From IMG/VR virus record IMGVR_UViG_3300033076_000334, positions 1 through 60,141 of that record: a DNA stretch of 60,141 bases. One strand, given 5' to 3'. The stretch is from a virus. Lineage: Duplodnaviria > Caudoviricetes. Positions 46,431 through 54,739 of this stretch are shown in pieces. The notes under the pieces were generated by a model. It was not told the origin of the DNA. It made no database searches and saw nothing but the letters and a program-made list of their open reading frames with translations. A program made the translations under genes and the position numbers. Positions within the stretch are counted from its first letter, which is position 1. Each line of letters opens with the position of its first letter.

Positions 46431-47360
46431 TTAAGTACCATAATAAAACGTATTTCTAGGCACAAAACGAATAGCAGCTTTTTCCCTATCTTCTTGAGCA
46501 GCAAGATCAAATTGCTGTTCGTAGTCTGCTTTTAACATAGGGATACGATTCATGTCAACGTCTGGTAGTTTTGTAGACAGCTGATATGCTAAGCCAGCAA
46601 CCATAGGCGGAATAAAACGGAATGGGATGTCTTGAACATAAGTACCAGACCCCGCATCTTGGATACGTCGTAGTCTATAGTACACAAATGTGTACTGATT
46701 GCCAGGAGCGTTAGGGGTAGGCCAGACGTTAATACAAGGAAGGTTTTGTACTGTTATTGTTGCTCCAGCGGTATGTGCCGCTGCAGTAGTGTTATTTTGC
46801 CCACGAGCGCAATTAATCAGATCATTACCACTAATATTAGGGTAGCTAATAGTCTCAGAACCAATTTTAATAAAGCCAGAAGATGCTAAACCAGCGGTAG
46901 ATGTCAGGCTAATAGTGGTAGATGAAGAGCTTACATTAGATGCTAAAAGGGCGGAGGACAAGTTTTCCTGACCTGATTGACGGTTAATCCATACTTGAAT
47001 TGGGCGACCCTGTGCCAGTTTGTTTGGCAGTGTCATATAAGTGGATTCAGAAATACGACTGATATTAATATCAATCTGATTCAAAGAACCTGGCTGAGTA
47101 CGAATAACCATGTCCATTAGGTCAATGGTGTCATTTGGGATAGGGTACATAGCCTGTCCAGTAGCCATCGTAATGGCGCCTTGTTCGATAGTCCACAGGT
47201 TAATACCACGGTTTGCCCACTCAATAGTGAGTAGGTTTAGCGAACGACGGGCAGTGCGGAAGTCATACCCGGAGCGTAGCTCCTTACCGCAACGCTCAAA
47301 CGCTTCCTCAATAAGGTCGTTGACATCTAAATTAAACGCTGTGGTACCGGTTGTGCTCAT
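46431..47360 (-). CDS. Head-tail connector-like protein with an inserted beta domain
   Basis: IEEAFERCG, ARRSLNLL..EWANRG.NLWT, GRP, WPTP, PFRF. Confidence 0.7.
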   Translation of the reverse strand: MSTTGTTAFNLDVNDLIEEAFERCGKELRSGYDFRTARRSLNLLTIEWANRGINLWTIEQGAITMATGQAMYPIPNDTIDLMDMVIRTQPGSLNQIDINISRISESTYMTLPNKLAQGRPIQVWINRQSGQENLSSALLASNVSSSSTTISLTSTAGLASSGFIKIGSETISYPNISGNDLINCARGQNNTTAAAHTAGATITVQNLPCINVWPTPNAPGNQYTFVYYRLRRIQDAGSGTYVQDIPFRFIPPMVAGLAYQLSTKLPDVDMNRIPMLKADYEQQFDLAAQEDREKAAIRFVPRNTFYYGT

Positions 47361-47563
47361 TACTTAGCCTTTTTAGCTGCGGTTCTTTTAGCTGCTGGAG
47401 CCTTTTTAACTGGGCGAGTAGTAGCCTTAGCTACACGTGGCTTAGTCTTTGGTTTTGGGGCTTCTTCTGGAAAAGGCCATGCCGTTAATATTTCTTTAAA
47501 AGAAGGTTCTGGCTCGAACTTACTTAGTGCCCACTTTAGAAAGCGTACAATTAAGTCTTTCAT
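47360..47563 (-). CDS. Small Lys/Ala-rich protein with AWPFP motif
   Basis: AWPFP followed by a histone H1-like tail. Confidence 0.68.
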   Translation of the reverse strand: MKDLIVRFLKWALSKFEPEPSFKEILTAWPFPEEAPKPKTKPRVAKATTRPVKKAPAAKRTAAKKAK

Positions 47564-47817
47564 TTTTTCCTTGCCATTCTCATATTATCAACTAGGTTTG
47601 GATATGGTCGTCCGGCGGCTTTAGCAGCGGCTTTAGCAGCAGACTTTTTAGCTGGACTTAGCTTTTTTGGAGCGCCTAAATCTTTAGGGCGCTTTTTATC
47701 CCAAACTTTGCCACCCTCTTTATACTGAGTAAAGTCAGTATTATCCCTACGAGCCTTTGTTTTGGCTTTAGGCATTTTAGAGGGGGCAATGTCGCCCATA
47801 CCACGAGAGGCTCTCAT
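47560..47817 (-). CDS. Small basic virion protein
   Basis: MRASRGMG, YKEGGKV, AGRPYPNLVDNM. Confidence 0.72.
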   Translation of the reverse strand: MRASRGMGDIAPSKMPKAKTKARRDNTDFTQYKEGGKVWDKKRPKDLGAPKKLSPAKKSAAKAAAKAAGRPYPNLVDNMRMARKK

Positions 47818-48423
47818 TTAGACCATACGTCCACGAGTTTTGCCTTTGATTGCGCAGCCGTCAGCACGACGTGAAGCAGAACCAACAGAGCCGCCTTTTT
47901 TCATAGCATTACCAACAGAGTAGTCAATATCAGAAGAGCTTGACTTTCTAACAGCTCTTTTTGGAGTAGCTGCAGTGCTAGTACTACGGTCTTTACGGGT
48001 CATCAATGCTGCGCCGCCTTTAGTTTCAGCAGATGTGAAACCAGCGTCTTTAGCTTTGCTTGCAAATGATTTTGCAGGGGCTTTTTTAGCTGGAGCTGCA
48101 GTATCGTCGGAAATACCTTTTTCCAAAGCTGCCATTGCACGAGCACGTACGTCATCATCAATGTTTTTATTTTCGCCTTCTTCAGTGGCAAAACCACCAT
48201 CATTATAGCGTTTAGATTTTTTACTCATAATTTTGCCACCTTTCTTGTATGTGTCACCCATAGGGTTAGTTTTACCTTCTTCCATCCCCTTACGGGCTGC
48301 ATCACCACGAGATCCAAAAATCTCGTAGTCTTTTTTCTCTTCTTTATCTTTAGCGTCAGCTTTCCATTTAGCCTCTTTGGCTTGGCGTTTTGCTTTTTCG
48401 CTAGCTGTTTCTTCGTATGCCAT
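47818..48423 (-). CDS. Charged low-complexity virion protein with several KKGG-type motifs
   Basis: YKKGGKI, YNDGGF, MKKGGSV; ends RADGCAIKGKTRGRMV. Confidence 0.72.
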   Translation of the reverse strand: MAYEETASEKAKRQAKEAKWKADAKDKEEKKDYEIFGSRGDAARKGMEEGKTNPMGDTYKKGGKIMSKKSKRYNDGGFATEEGENKNIDDDVRARAMAALEKGISDDTAAPAKKAPAKSFASKAKDAGFTSAETKGGAALMTRKDRSTSTAATPKRAVRKSSSSDIDYSVGNAMKKGGSVGSASRRADGCAIKGKTRGRMV

Positions 48424-48842
48424 TATTTAGCCTTACCTTTCATACCGCCGGTGCACATTTTAATCATTGTGCCTTTGGTTTTACCTTTGATTTCTACGCC
48501 ACCACCACGAGCCATACAAGTTTTACCACCTTTTTTAAGGGCAGCTAAATTAGTTTTTTTGCCGCCATGTAATTGTTTATCGTGCATGCTGACAGCTTTT
48601 TTAACAATTTTCTTGTCTAGTTTAATATCTTCGTGTTTCATTTCGCCACCTTTTTTAAATAGCTTTGATTTACCATGATCTGTTTTTGGTTTTGCCACTT
48701 TTTGCAAGTCTACTCTTGTTCCAGTATCTGCTTTATTAAACTCTTTGGCTACATCCATAGAGATCCCAGCTTTCTTGGCAAACTCAGGGTTGTGGGCTGC
48801 AGCTGCCATAAACTTAGCTTGTTTTTTAGACGTGCTAGGCAT
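48423..48842 (-). CDS. Small basic virion protein (start MPSTSKKQ inferred)
   Basis: MP..S.KQ..FM.AAAHNP.FAKK; FKKGG, LKKGG, MARGG. Confidence 0.72.
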   Translation of the reverse strand: MPSTSKKQAKFMAAAAHNPEFAKKAGISMDVAKEFNKADTGTRVDLQKVAKPKTDHGKSKLFKKGGEMKHEDIKLDKKIVKKAVSMHDKQLHGGKKTNLAALKKGGKTCMARGGGVEIKGKTKGTMIKMCTGGMKGKAK

Positions 48843-48843
48843 T

Positions 48844-49092
48844 TTACTTCCAATGTGCAGTAAAGTAATCGACCAACCAACCACCCGCAGCTACGATAGC
48901 AATCCAAACTAAACCGGTTAAAGTTTTATTAATAATTGCCTTACGTAGCTCAGCTCTTTCAGCTTCAGCTTGTATTGCCATACGCACCCAATGTACTTCG
49001 TCTGGGCTAAGCGGATGGGCTTCTACTGCTTCAGATACAGCAGATTTAACAAGGCTTATTAGCTCTAGGCGTGTTGATTCGTCTAGGGTCAT
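48844..49092 (-). CDS. Small membrane protein
   Basis: C-terminal TM (LTGLVWIAIVAAGGWLV). Confidence 0.65.
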   Translation of the reverse strand: MTLDESTRLELISLVKSAVSEAVEAHPLSPDEVHWVRMAIQAEAERAELRKAIINKTLTGLVWIAIVAAGGWLVDYFTAHWK

Positions 49093-49352
49093 TTTGTTCC
49101 GCACTTCCATCGTTTTAAACTTGCAGCTTTGCGAGTAGGGCGACCCTTCTCATCTTTCATAGGACCGGGCATACCAGACATACGAGCGCAGAATGACTTC
49201 TTACGAGGGCCACCTTCGGGCTGTGGAGCCTTTAGATTAGAGCCTGTAGCTGCGTTGTATTTAGCACGACCTTTAGCGGTAAGCCCAGCGCCTTTCGACA
49301 CTGGGAGCTTTTCGCCACGCCCAACTGCAAGAGAAGGGTTTTTCTTAGCCAT
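49089..49352 (-). CDS. Small basic phage protein (DUF6321-like)
   Basis: GLTAKGRAKYN, NLKAP, RKKSFCARM.G. Confidence 0.72.
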   Translation of the reverse strand: MAKKNPSLAVGRGEKLPVSKGAGLTAKGRAKYNAATGSNLKAPQPEGGPRKKSFCARMSGMPGPMKDEKGRPTRKAASLKRWKCGTK

Positions 49353-49626
49353 AAAAACAAGTAACAGCAGATACGTTAGTTAATGAAGCGTAGATGTTTG
49401 TATCAAAACGCACACCTTCGCCCGGAACTAATAGGTAAATAGTAAAGCTATCGCTTGTTCCAACATCTAACTCAACTAAAGTTGTTCCAGTAGCGCCACC
49501 GTTTTTAAACAGAATACTTCCGTTTGACCCGTTTCCACGGTAAGAAATACCTTTTAATCGAGCAGGATTACTAACAATAGAACCAGAGCTGGTTAGGTGC
49601 GTGCTTTTAACATCAGTTTGCATCAT
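49345..49626 (-). CDS. Small beta-rich virion protein
   Basis: MQTDVK, R.KG, PGEG..F, T.FYG. Confidence 0.72.
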   Translation of the reverse strand: MMQTDVKSTHLTSSGSIVSNPARLKGISYRGNGSNGSILFKNGGATGTTLVELDVGTSDSFTIYLLVPGEGVRFDTNIYASLTNVSAVTCFYG

Positions 49627-49641
49627 GGTAGATGCTCCTTA

Positions 49642-50157
49642 TTAAACGTTTTCTTCGCCGTAGATACCATCTAATACAAAGTACTGAATAATACCTGTTA
49701 CAGCACCAGCATTAGCGCCAGCAGAACCTTGAGCAGAAGTTACAACAACTAAGTTAGTTGCGTTGCAAGCGTTACCCAATGCGGTACCTTGACCAGTAGA
49801 GCCAACAGATACAGTTGCACGAGCAGCTACGTTAGCGCTGTTTAGCAAGCCGTTTGGTACGTTTGTACCCAAAGTTGGGGTTTGACCAGGGCCTGTGCCG
49901 CCAACCAATGGTGTGAAACCAATGTTAGCTGCGCAGTTACCGCCAGGAGCTACAGTAATAATAACGTCAGTAACAACAGCGTTAGCTGGAAGAATTAACG
50001 CAGGAGCGTTAGAAGCGCTAGAAACAACAACGTTAGAAGTCGCTGCTGTATTAGCAATATAAAACTGGGCAGCCATGTGCATGGAGCCAGCATAAGCGGT
50101 GCGAGTTTGGTCGCCACCTGTAGAACGCCAAATTGACGAGGTAGTTGCTAAAGTCAT
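49642..50157 (-). CDS. Probable capsid decoration protein
   Basis: LPANA...D motif, beta-rich, first virion gene after the capsid. Confidence 0.62.
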   Translation of the reverse strand: MTLATTSSIWRSTGGDQTRTAYAGSMHMAAQFYIANTAATSNVVVSSASNAPALILPANAVVTDVIITVAPGGNCAANIGFTPLVGGTGPGQTPTLGTNVPNGLLNSANVAARATVSVGSTGQGTALGNACNATNLVVVTSAQGSAGANAGAVTGIIQYFVLDGIYGEENV

Positions 50158-50165
50158 GATAAATT

Positions 50166-50247
50166 GTCCTTCTTACAAAGATCAAGCCAATTAGTCGTGT
50201 AAGCGTCTGCCGGGACAGTCTAAAAGGCCGGTTTTCCCGGTTTCCCC
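50166..50247 (-). ncRNA. Candidate double-pseudoknot leader RNA
   Basis: Minus strand CCGGGA/UCCCGG, CUG/CAG, GGCC..UUAG/CUAA..GGCU and CUUACA/UGUAAG next to the SD. Confidence 0.5.
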
Positions 50248-50332
50248 TATATTACTACAATTTAGATAATGTGCAGCGCTTTTTTGAGTAAAATGGGTAT
50301 AAATTAGGTAAACATTCGGAGGGCTATGGGTA

Positions 50333-50821
50333 ATGAAATTTACAGTAAAAAAAGTCGACATCAGAATACCGTCTGTTCAAACCATACTAACTTTTCTACA
50401 AAAGAAAATCCTGCCGGAGGATATTCCGTACAAGACCGACCGGGGTCATTGGTGGGTTGCATATGCAGAGGATGGAAAGCCTGTCGGCTTTGCGGGTTTG
50501 GTCCGCTCGACACGGTGGAGCGATACAGGTTATTTTTGTAGAGCAGGTGTACTAGATAACTTTACTGGGCACGGATTACAAAAACGCCTTATCAAAGCTA
50601 GACTGTCTCAAGCTAAACGCCTTGGTTGGAATTGGTGTATCACAGATACAACAGATAACCCCGCTTCTTCTAATTCTTTGATCGCTTGTGGCTTCAAGTT
50701 ATATACTCCAGCAAATCCGTGGTCGTTTAAAAATGCGTTGTACTGGAAATATAAGGTAAACCAAGATGCCGTACAAAGATCCGAGCGTAAGAAAAAGAAA
50801 ACACAAAGAGTACAGCCGTAA
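50333..50821 (+). CDS. GNAT family N-acetyltransferase
   Basis: PVGFAG, RAGV...TGHGLQKRLI (motif A), N.AS...L..CGF. Confidence 0.88.
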   Translation: MKFTVKKVDIRIPSVQTILTFLQKKILPEDIPYKTDRGHWWVAYAEDGKPVGFAGLVRSTRWSDTGYFCRAGVLDNFTGHGLQKRLIKARLSQAKRLGWNWCITDTTDNPASSNSLIACGFKLYTPANPWSFKNALYWKYKVNQDAVQRSERKKKKTQRVQP

Positions 50822-51140
50822 GCATTATTTAGCTAACAAAGAAAAACAGATACTAGCTAATTCAGAATACAAGAAAAAACGACGCAAAGAATGGGCAGAA
50901 TTTAAAGACACCCTTGAGTGCACAAAATGTGGTTTTGCACATCCAGCGGCGTTGGATTTTCACCACACAGACCCCACACAAAAAGACGGTAATATTCACC
51001 GCTATATAGCAAACGGGCAATACAAAAAAGCCTATAAAGAAGTAGAAAAGTGCATAGTTCTATGTGCTAATTGCCACAGAATCCACCACTACGAAGAAAA
51101 GAAAAAGCCACCCGAAGGTGGCTTCAAACCGTTGGTTTGA
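50766..51140 (+). CDS. HNH endonuclease
   Basis: CTKCG, LDFHH, KC.VLCANCHRIHH. Confidence 0.88.
   Translation: MPYKDPSVRKRKHKEYSRKHYLANKEKQILANSEYKKKRRKEWAEFKDTLECTKCGFAHPAALDFHHTDPTQKDGNIHRYIANGQYKKAYKEVEKCIVLCANCHRIHHYEEKKKPPEGGFKPLV
51095..51125 (-). terminator. Intrinsic terminator after the major capsid gene
   Basis: Minus strand GCCACC-TTCG-GGTGGC-TTTTTCTTTT. Confidence 0.88.
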
Positions 51141-51144
51141 GGTA

Positions 51145-52053
51145 TTAGGCTCCAGCGGAACCGTACATACCGAGAGGATCAGACCAGCCGAAAGAATAAC
51201 GCTCACGAGACTTGTAACGAACGTTACCAGTATCGAAGTCACCGTCCATGCTGTTGCTCAAAGGAGTACGAACAAAGTGCTTCATACCGTTTGGAACGTC
51301 AGTGGTGAGGAACCAAGCATTGGTGTCGGTCAAGAAGTGGTTAACTGTGTAACCTTCAGAGACTGAACCGTTGTTCTTGATAGCGTTGATGTCGTTGTCG
51401 TTTGTACCAACACGCAATTCAGTTTCGAGCAAGCGAGTTGCAACGAACTGGAGTGCAGGAGGAACAACCAACTTCTTAGGTTTAGCAGCGATCAATAAGC
51501 CACGTTCGTCTGTCCAACCAGCGATTTGAATAACGGCAGCTTCCAAAGAAGTTTCGTTCAAATCAGCAGCTGTAGTAGGAATGTTGCTGTTGGTGCCACC
51601 AGAAACCAATGGGTGTGATGCAGAGAACAAAGGTTGACCGTCACCACCGTTGTAACCGGAAGTGAAGCCGTTGTTCAATACAGCAGCAGCCTTAACTTGC
51701 TTGGTGTATGCCATAGCACGAGCCAAAGCCTTGGTGTAGCGAGCTGACAAAGAATCGTAGAGGTTGTCTTCGATTGCTTCTTCAGTCAAGCTGAAACCCA
51801 AAGCGATTGTTTCGTGGTTGTAGCGAGCTGTCCATGCCTCTTGAGCATTGTCGTAAGCGATGGCAGAGCCTTCGTTCTTGACTGGAGCAGCGCTGAAACC
51901 AGAAAGTTTGGTTTCTTCTTCGAAAGAACGCTCAGAAGTTTCTGTTTCGTAGATCTCTTTATGCTCTTCGCCGTAGCGGGCATACTCAAGACCAAACAAG
52001 GCGTTCAAGCCAGGTAATAGCTCTTTTAGGAGCTGTGCACGAGAAATAGCCAT
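51145..52053 (-). CDS. Major capsid protein (HK97 fold, Mu gpT-like)
   Basis: MAISRAQLLKELLPGLNALFG, TEEAIEDNLY, DG..LFSASHP, L.VPP.L, RERYSFG.SD; biased codon use; terminator follows. Confidence 0.92.
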   Translation of the reverse strand: MAISRAQLLKELLPGLNALFGLEYARYGEEHKEIYETETSERSFEEETKLSGFSAAPVKNEGSAIAYDNAQEAWTARYNHETIALGFSLTEEAIEDNLYDSLSARYTKALARAMAYTKQVKAAAVLNNGFTSGYNGGDGQPLFSASHPLVSGGTNSNIPTTAADLNETSLEAAVIQIAGWTDERGLLIAAKPKKLVVPPALQFVATRLLETELRVGTNDNDINAIKNNGSVSEGYTVNHFLTDTNAWFLTTDVPNGMKHFVRTPLSNSMDGDFDTGNVRYKSRERYSFGWSDPLGMYGSAGA

Positions 52054-52065
52054 TTAATTAGCTCC

Positions 52066-52692
52066 TTATAAGTAGTCGTTGCCGGCAGCCAGCAAGACTT
52101 GAGGGTTATTGAACTTAACAACAACTTCTGTGAAAGCGTTGTTACCCGATGCTGTTTCTGGAACTACCTTAACAACACGAACTGGCAATGCAGCAGCATT
52201 ACCTGTACCGCTAGATGGGGCAGCAACTGAAACGCCAGAGTCACCAGTAATTGTAGAACCTGTGCCTTGGATCAAAGCAAGGTTAACACCAACTACAGAT
52301 GCGTTTGCGCTAGAAATTGTAGAGTTACCAGAGTAAGTAACAGCAACTTTGAACTCAGCAGCTGGGTCCATTACTACATAAGCGATAGCTGAAGTAGCTG
52401 CAGCATTACCTGGGTAATATTGAGCTTGAACAGTTTGGCCTTGTGTATTAACGTACTGAACACCCATAAACACGCCATAAGTAGCGTTGTTTGCTTTGTC
52501 AGTTGTTGAATCGCTGGTTACAGCAGACTTCTTGATTGTTCCACCATTGACTAGAACCACGTCGCCGTTGTAGATAGCAGTGTTATATGTAGATGCGATT
52601 GGGAGTTGCTGTGTCGCACCAGCATATGGCAAGCCATCAATGCGGTTGATTGGTTTTAGACCATAGGGAGCAGAAACGGTTGGATAAGCCAT
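52066..52692 (-). CDS. Capsid-associated (cement/decoration) protein
   Basis: APYGLKP, IYNGD.V, GVFMG..Y, V.DP; directly upstream of the capsid gene. Confidence 0.65.
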   Translation of the reverse strand: MAYPTVSAPYGLKPINRIDGLPYAGATQQLPIASTYNTAIYNGDVVLVNGGTIKKSAVTSDSTTDKANNATYGVFMGVQYVNTQGQTVQAQYYPGNAAATSAIAYVVMDPAAEFKVAVTYSGNSTISSANASVVGVNLALIQGTGSTITGDSGVSVAAPSSGTGNAAALPVRVVKVVPETASGNNAFTEVVVKFNNPQVLLAAGNDYL

Positions 52693-52716
52693 TTAAATCT
52701 CCTAAAATTAATAAAA

Positions 52717-53166
52717 TTAACTACCTTTACCAAAGCTAGTCGTGGATTTGCCTTCTTTAAAAATAGGCATCCGTGCGTCGCTCTGGCGCATTAAGTTATT
52801 TTCTACAGCCTCTGACTGAGACTCGCTTTGTTGAGCGTAATATTTGTTACGCTGTTCTACGAACTCAGTTGGAGTCTTGCAAAGCAATAACCCGCCGATC
52901 TCAATATTGTCTTTGTATCGACTATTAGGATCGACTAGCAGTTGAAATTGTGGTTGCTCTTCGATCTTTACTGGCTCCCAACCTTCACGCAATTTAGCGG
53001 AAAGATTACGAGGATCAGCTTGATTGTTAGTAGCAACACGGACCCAACGATAGGAAAAACCGGGCTGTTTGTCAGGTTCTGGCAATAGCTCAGGCTGTGT
53101 CCACTGCTTAGGACGCTCTGCCTGTACACGAGTTTCAATACTACGTGGTTTACGATTTTGTTCCAT
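52717..53166 (-). CDS. Conserved head-module protein
   Basis: LP.P, YRWVR, LREGWEPV, GGLLLCK.P, R..YY. Confidence 0.72.
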   Translation of the reverse strand: MEQNRKPRSIETRVQAERPKQWTQPELLPEPDKQPGFSYRWVRVATNNQADPRNLSAKLREGWEPVKIEEQPQFQLLVDPNSRYKDNIEIGGLLLCKTPTEFVEQRNKYYAQQSESQSEAVENNLMRQSDARMPIFKEGKSTTSFGKGS

Positions 53167-54146
53167 TATTGTGCTCCGTTCATTTGTTCAGCAACCTTTT
53201 TGGCGTATAGATCAAGGGGGACTCCCAACCGTTTGGCGATAGCTACTTGGGTCTTCGTCAACTTAATCTTCGATGGCGCAATACTGCGAGTCGCTGGTGC
53301 GACCACATTTGACGCCGGCTTAGCACGGCTTTGAGTTTCCTCTTCTGCCGGTTTTGTTTCTTCTACTTCGCTCCCGGTATCGAAATACTCGGGGTATCTT
53401 TTGCGCATTGTAGCATCAATTCGCTTGAAATAAGCATCGGATCCGATATAACTTTTTCCAAACTCTTTTTCGAGCTTCTTATGCAACCCAAGAGCCGTGG
53501 CGCTCATCTCATCGTCATCACCATACCAAGGGTTTGCATCTAGCCACTCGGCGGTTTTCGGATCAAGTTGAGGTTGTTGCTCTTCTTTTGGTAACTGTAC
53601 ATCAATTTCTTTAACTTGCAAAGGCTTTAATGAATCAGCTTTATCCATCTTTAGCGTTGCTTGCGAGATACGGAACTGAGCTTCTGCAATTAATTCTGCA
53701 TCGCCAGAGTCGTATGCTTCTTTAAAAGCACGCTTAGCTGCTTCAAGTTCATACTGTGCTGAGGTTTTACCTTGCTCAATATAGACCTTGCTGCCTTCTT
53801 CAAGTTGCTCTTGTAGCTTCTTGTTCTCCGCAAGGATTGACTCAGCTAACTTAATCGCTTCGTCCTTCTCACGCATAGCAGCTTCTTTAGCACGACGCTC
53901 ATCGTGGTATCCACGAGTAAACTTTTTGATGCGTTTTTGAACCTTAGCATCGTACTGGTTTAGCTCGTCATCATCTACTTCCTCAGGAGGTTCAGCAGCT
54001 TTAAAGCCTCTGTCCTTCTCGGGGGTATCATCCTCGATTTCAATCTCGGGTTCTGCTGCAGCCTGTACTTCTGGTTCTGCGGGTTTACCCTTAGGTTCTT
54101 CATCGGGGAATGTGTATTCTTCCAATTCCATGTTATTTTCTGCCAT
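53166..54146 (-). CDS. Capsid scaffolding protein
   Basis: Acidic coiled coil, W...NPWYG, C-terminal LT..QVAIAKRLGVP...YAK. Confidence 0.72.
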   Translation of the reverse strand: MAENNMELEEYTFPDEEPKGKPAEPEVQAAAEPEIEIEDDTPEKDRGFKAAEPPEEVDDDELNQYDAKVQKRIKKFTRGYHDERRAKEAAMREKDEAIKLAESILAENKKLQEQLEEGSKVYIEQGKTSAQYELEAAKRAFKEAYDSGDAELIAEAQFRISQATLKMDKADSLKPLQVKEIDVQLPKEEQQPQLDPKTAEWLDANPWYGDDDEMSATALGLHKKLEKEFGKSYIGSDAYFKRIDATMRKRYPEYFDTGSEVEETKPAEEETQSRAKPASNVVAPATRSIAPSKIKLTKTQVAIAKRLGVPLDLYAKKVAEQMNGAQ

Positions 54147-54156
54147 TTATAGCTCC

Positions 54157-54558
54157 TTATGCACGTTTAATTCCACGTGGGTCTTGAACAACAGCTTCCA
54201 CAACATCATCATTGATGAGTCTAAATTCACGACCATGAATGAGTAAGCGGGAACCTGAGTTTGGTCTAACAAGGATAAAATCACCCTCTTTACACCAAGG
54301 CCCATTAGGGAAACGGGTTTTGTCCGAGTAACACTCCGGACCTAGTTTTACTACGAATAACACAGTAGTCAATACTTCTTCTACACGCATTGTCTCGTCC
54401 GATTTTAGAAGCTCGCTTCCTTCGAACTGTTTTTCTGCTTCTGGTATTGCACAGAGGATATGGTATCCAACTGGATCCGGGAGTTGTCGTCCCTTTTCTT
54501 CGGCTTCTTTGTCGAGTAAGGCAGACAAATCGACCGCTTGGTTTAAGTCAAGACTCAT
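54157..54558 (-). CDS. groES: GroES/Cpn10-like co-chaperonin
   Basis: P.GY.IL, V.KLGP, WCKEGD.I, G.EFRLINDD.V.AVV. Confidence 0.82.
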   Translation of the reverse strand: MSLDLNQAVDLSALLDKEAEEKGRQLPDPVGYHILCAIPEAEKQFEGSELLKSDETMRVEEVLTTVLFVVKLGPECYSDKTRFPNGPWCKEGDFILVRPNSGSRLLIHGREFRLINDDVVEAVVQDPRGIKRA

Positions 54559-54739
54559 CAGAGTTCTCCAATCGTTGCACGAGGTCTTTTGTTATTTGAA
54601 TGGCTGACTCTAGACCTCGGATAGAGCCAACCACCTGACGATACTCCTCCATAGTGGCAGGCCGTCCCGTCGATAAAAACTGTGTGTGATTAGAAATCTG
54701 TTCTTTAAACTCGTTTATCAAATACTCAAGTTCTTTCAC
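54548..54739 (-). CDS. Small conserved phage protein
   Basis: EEYR..VG.IRGL motif between portal and GroES. Confidence 0.72.
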   Translation of the reverse strand: MKELEYLINEFKEQISNHTQFLSTGRPATMEEYRQVVGSIRGLESAIQITKDLVQRLENSDES

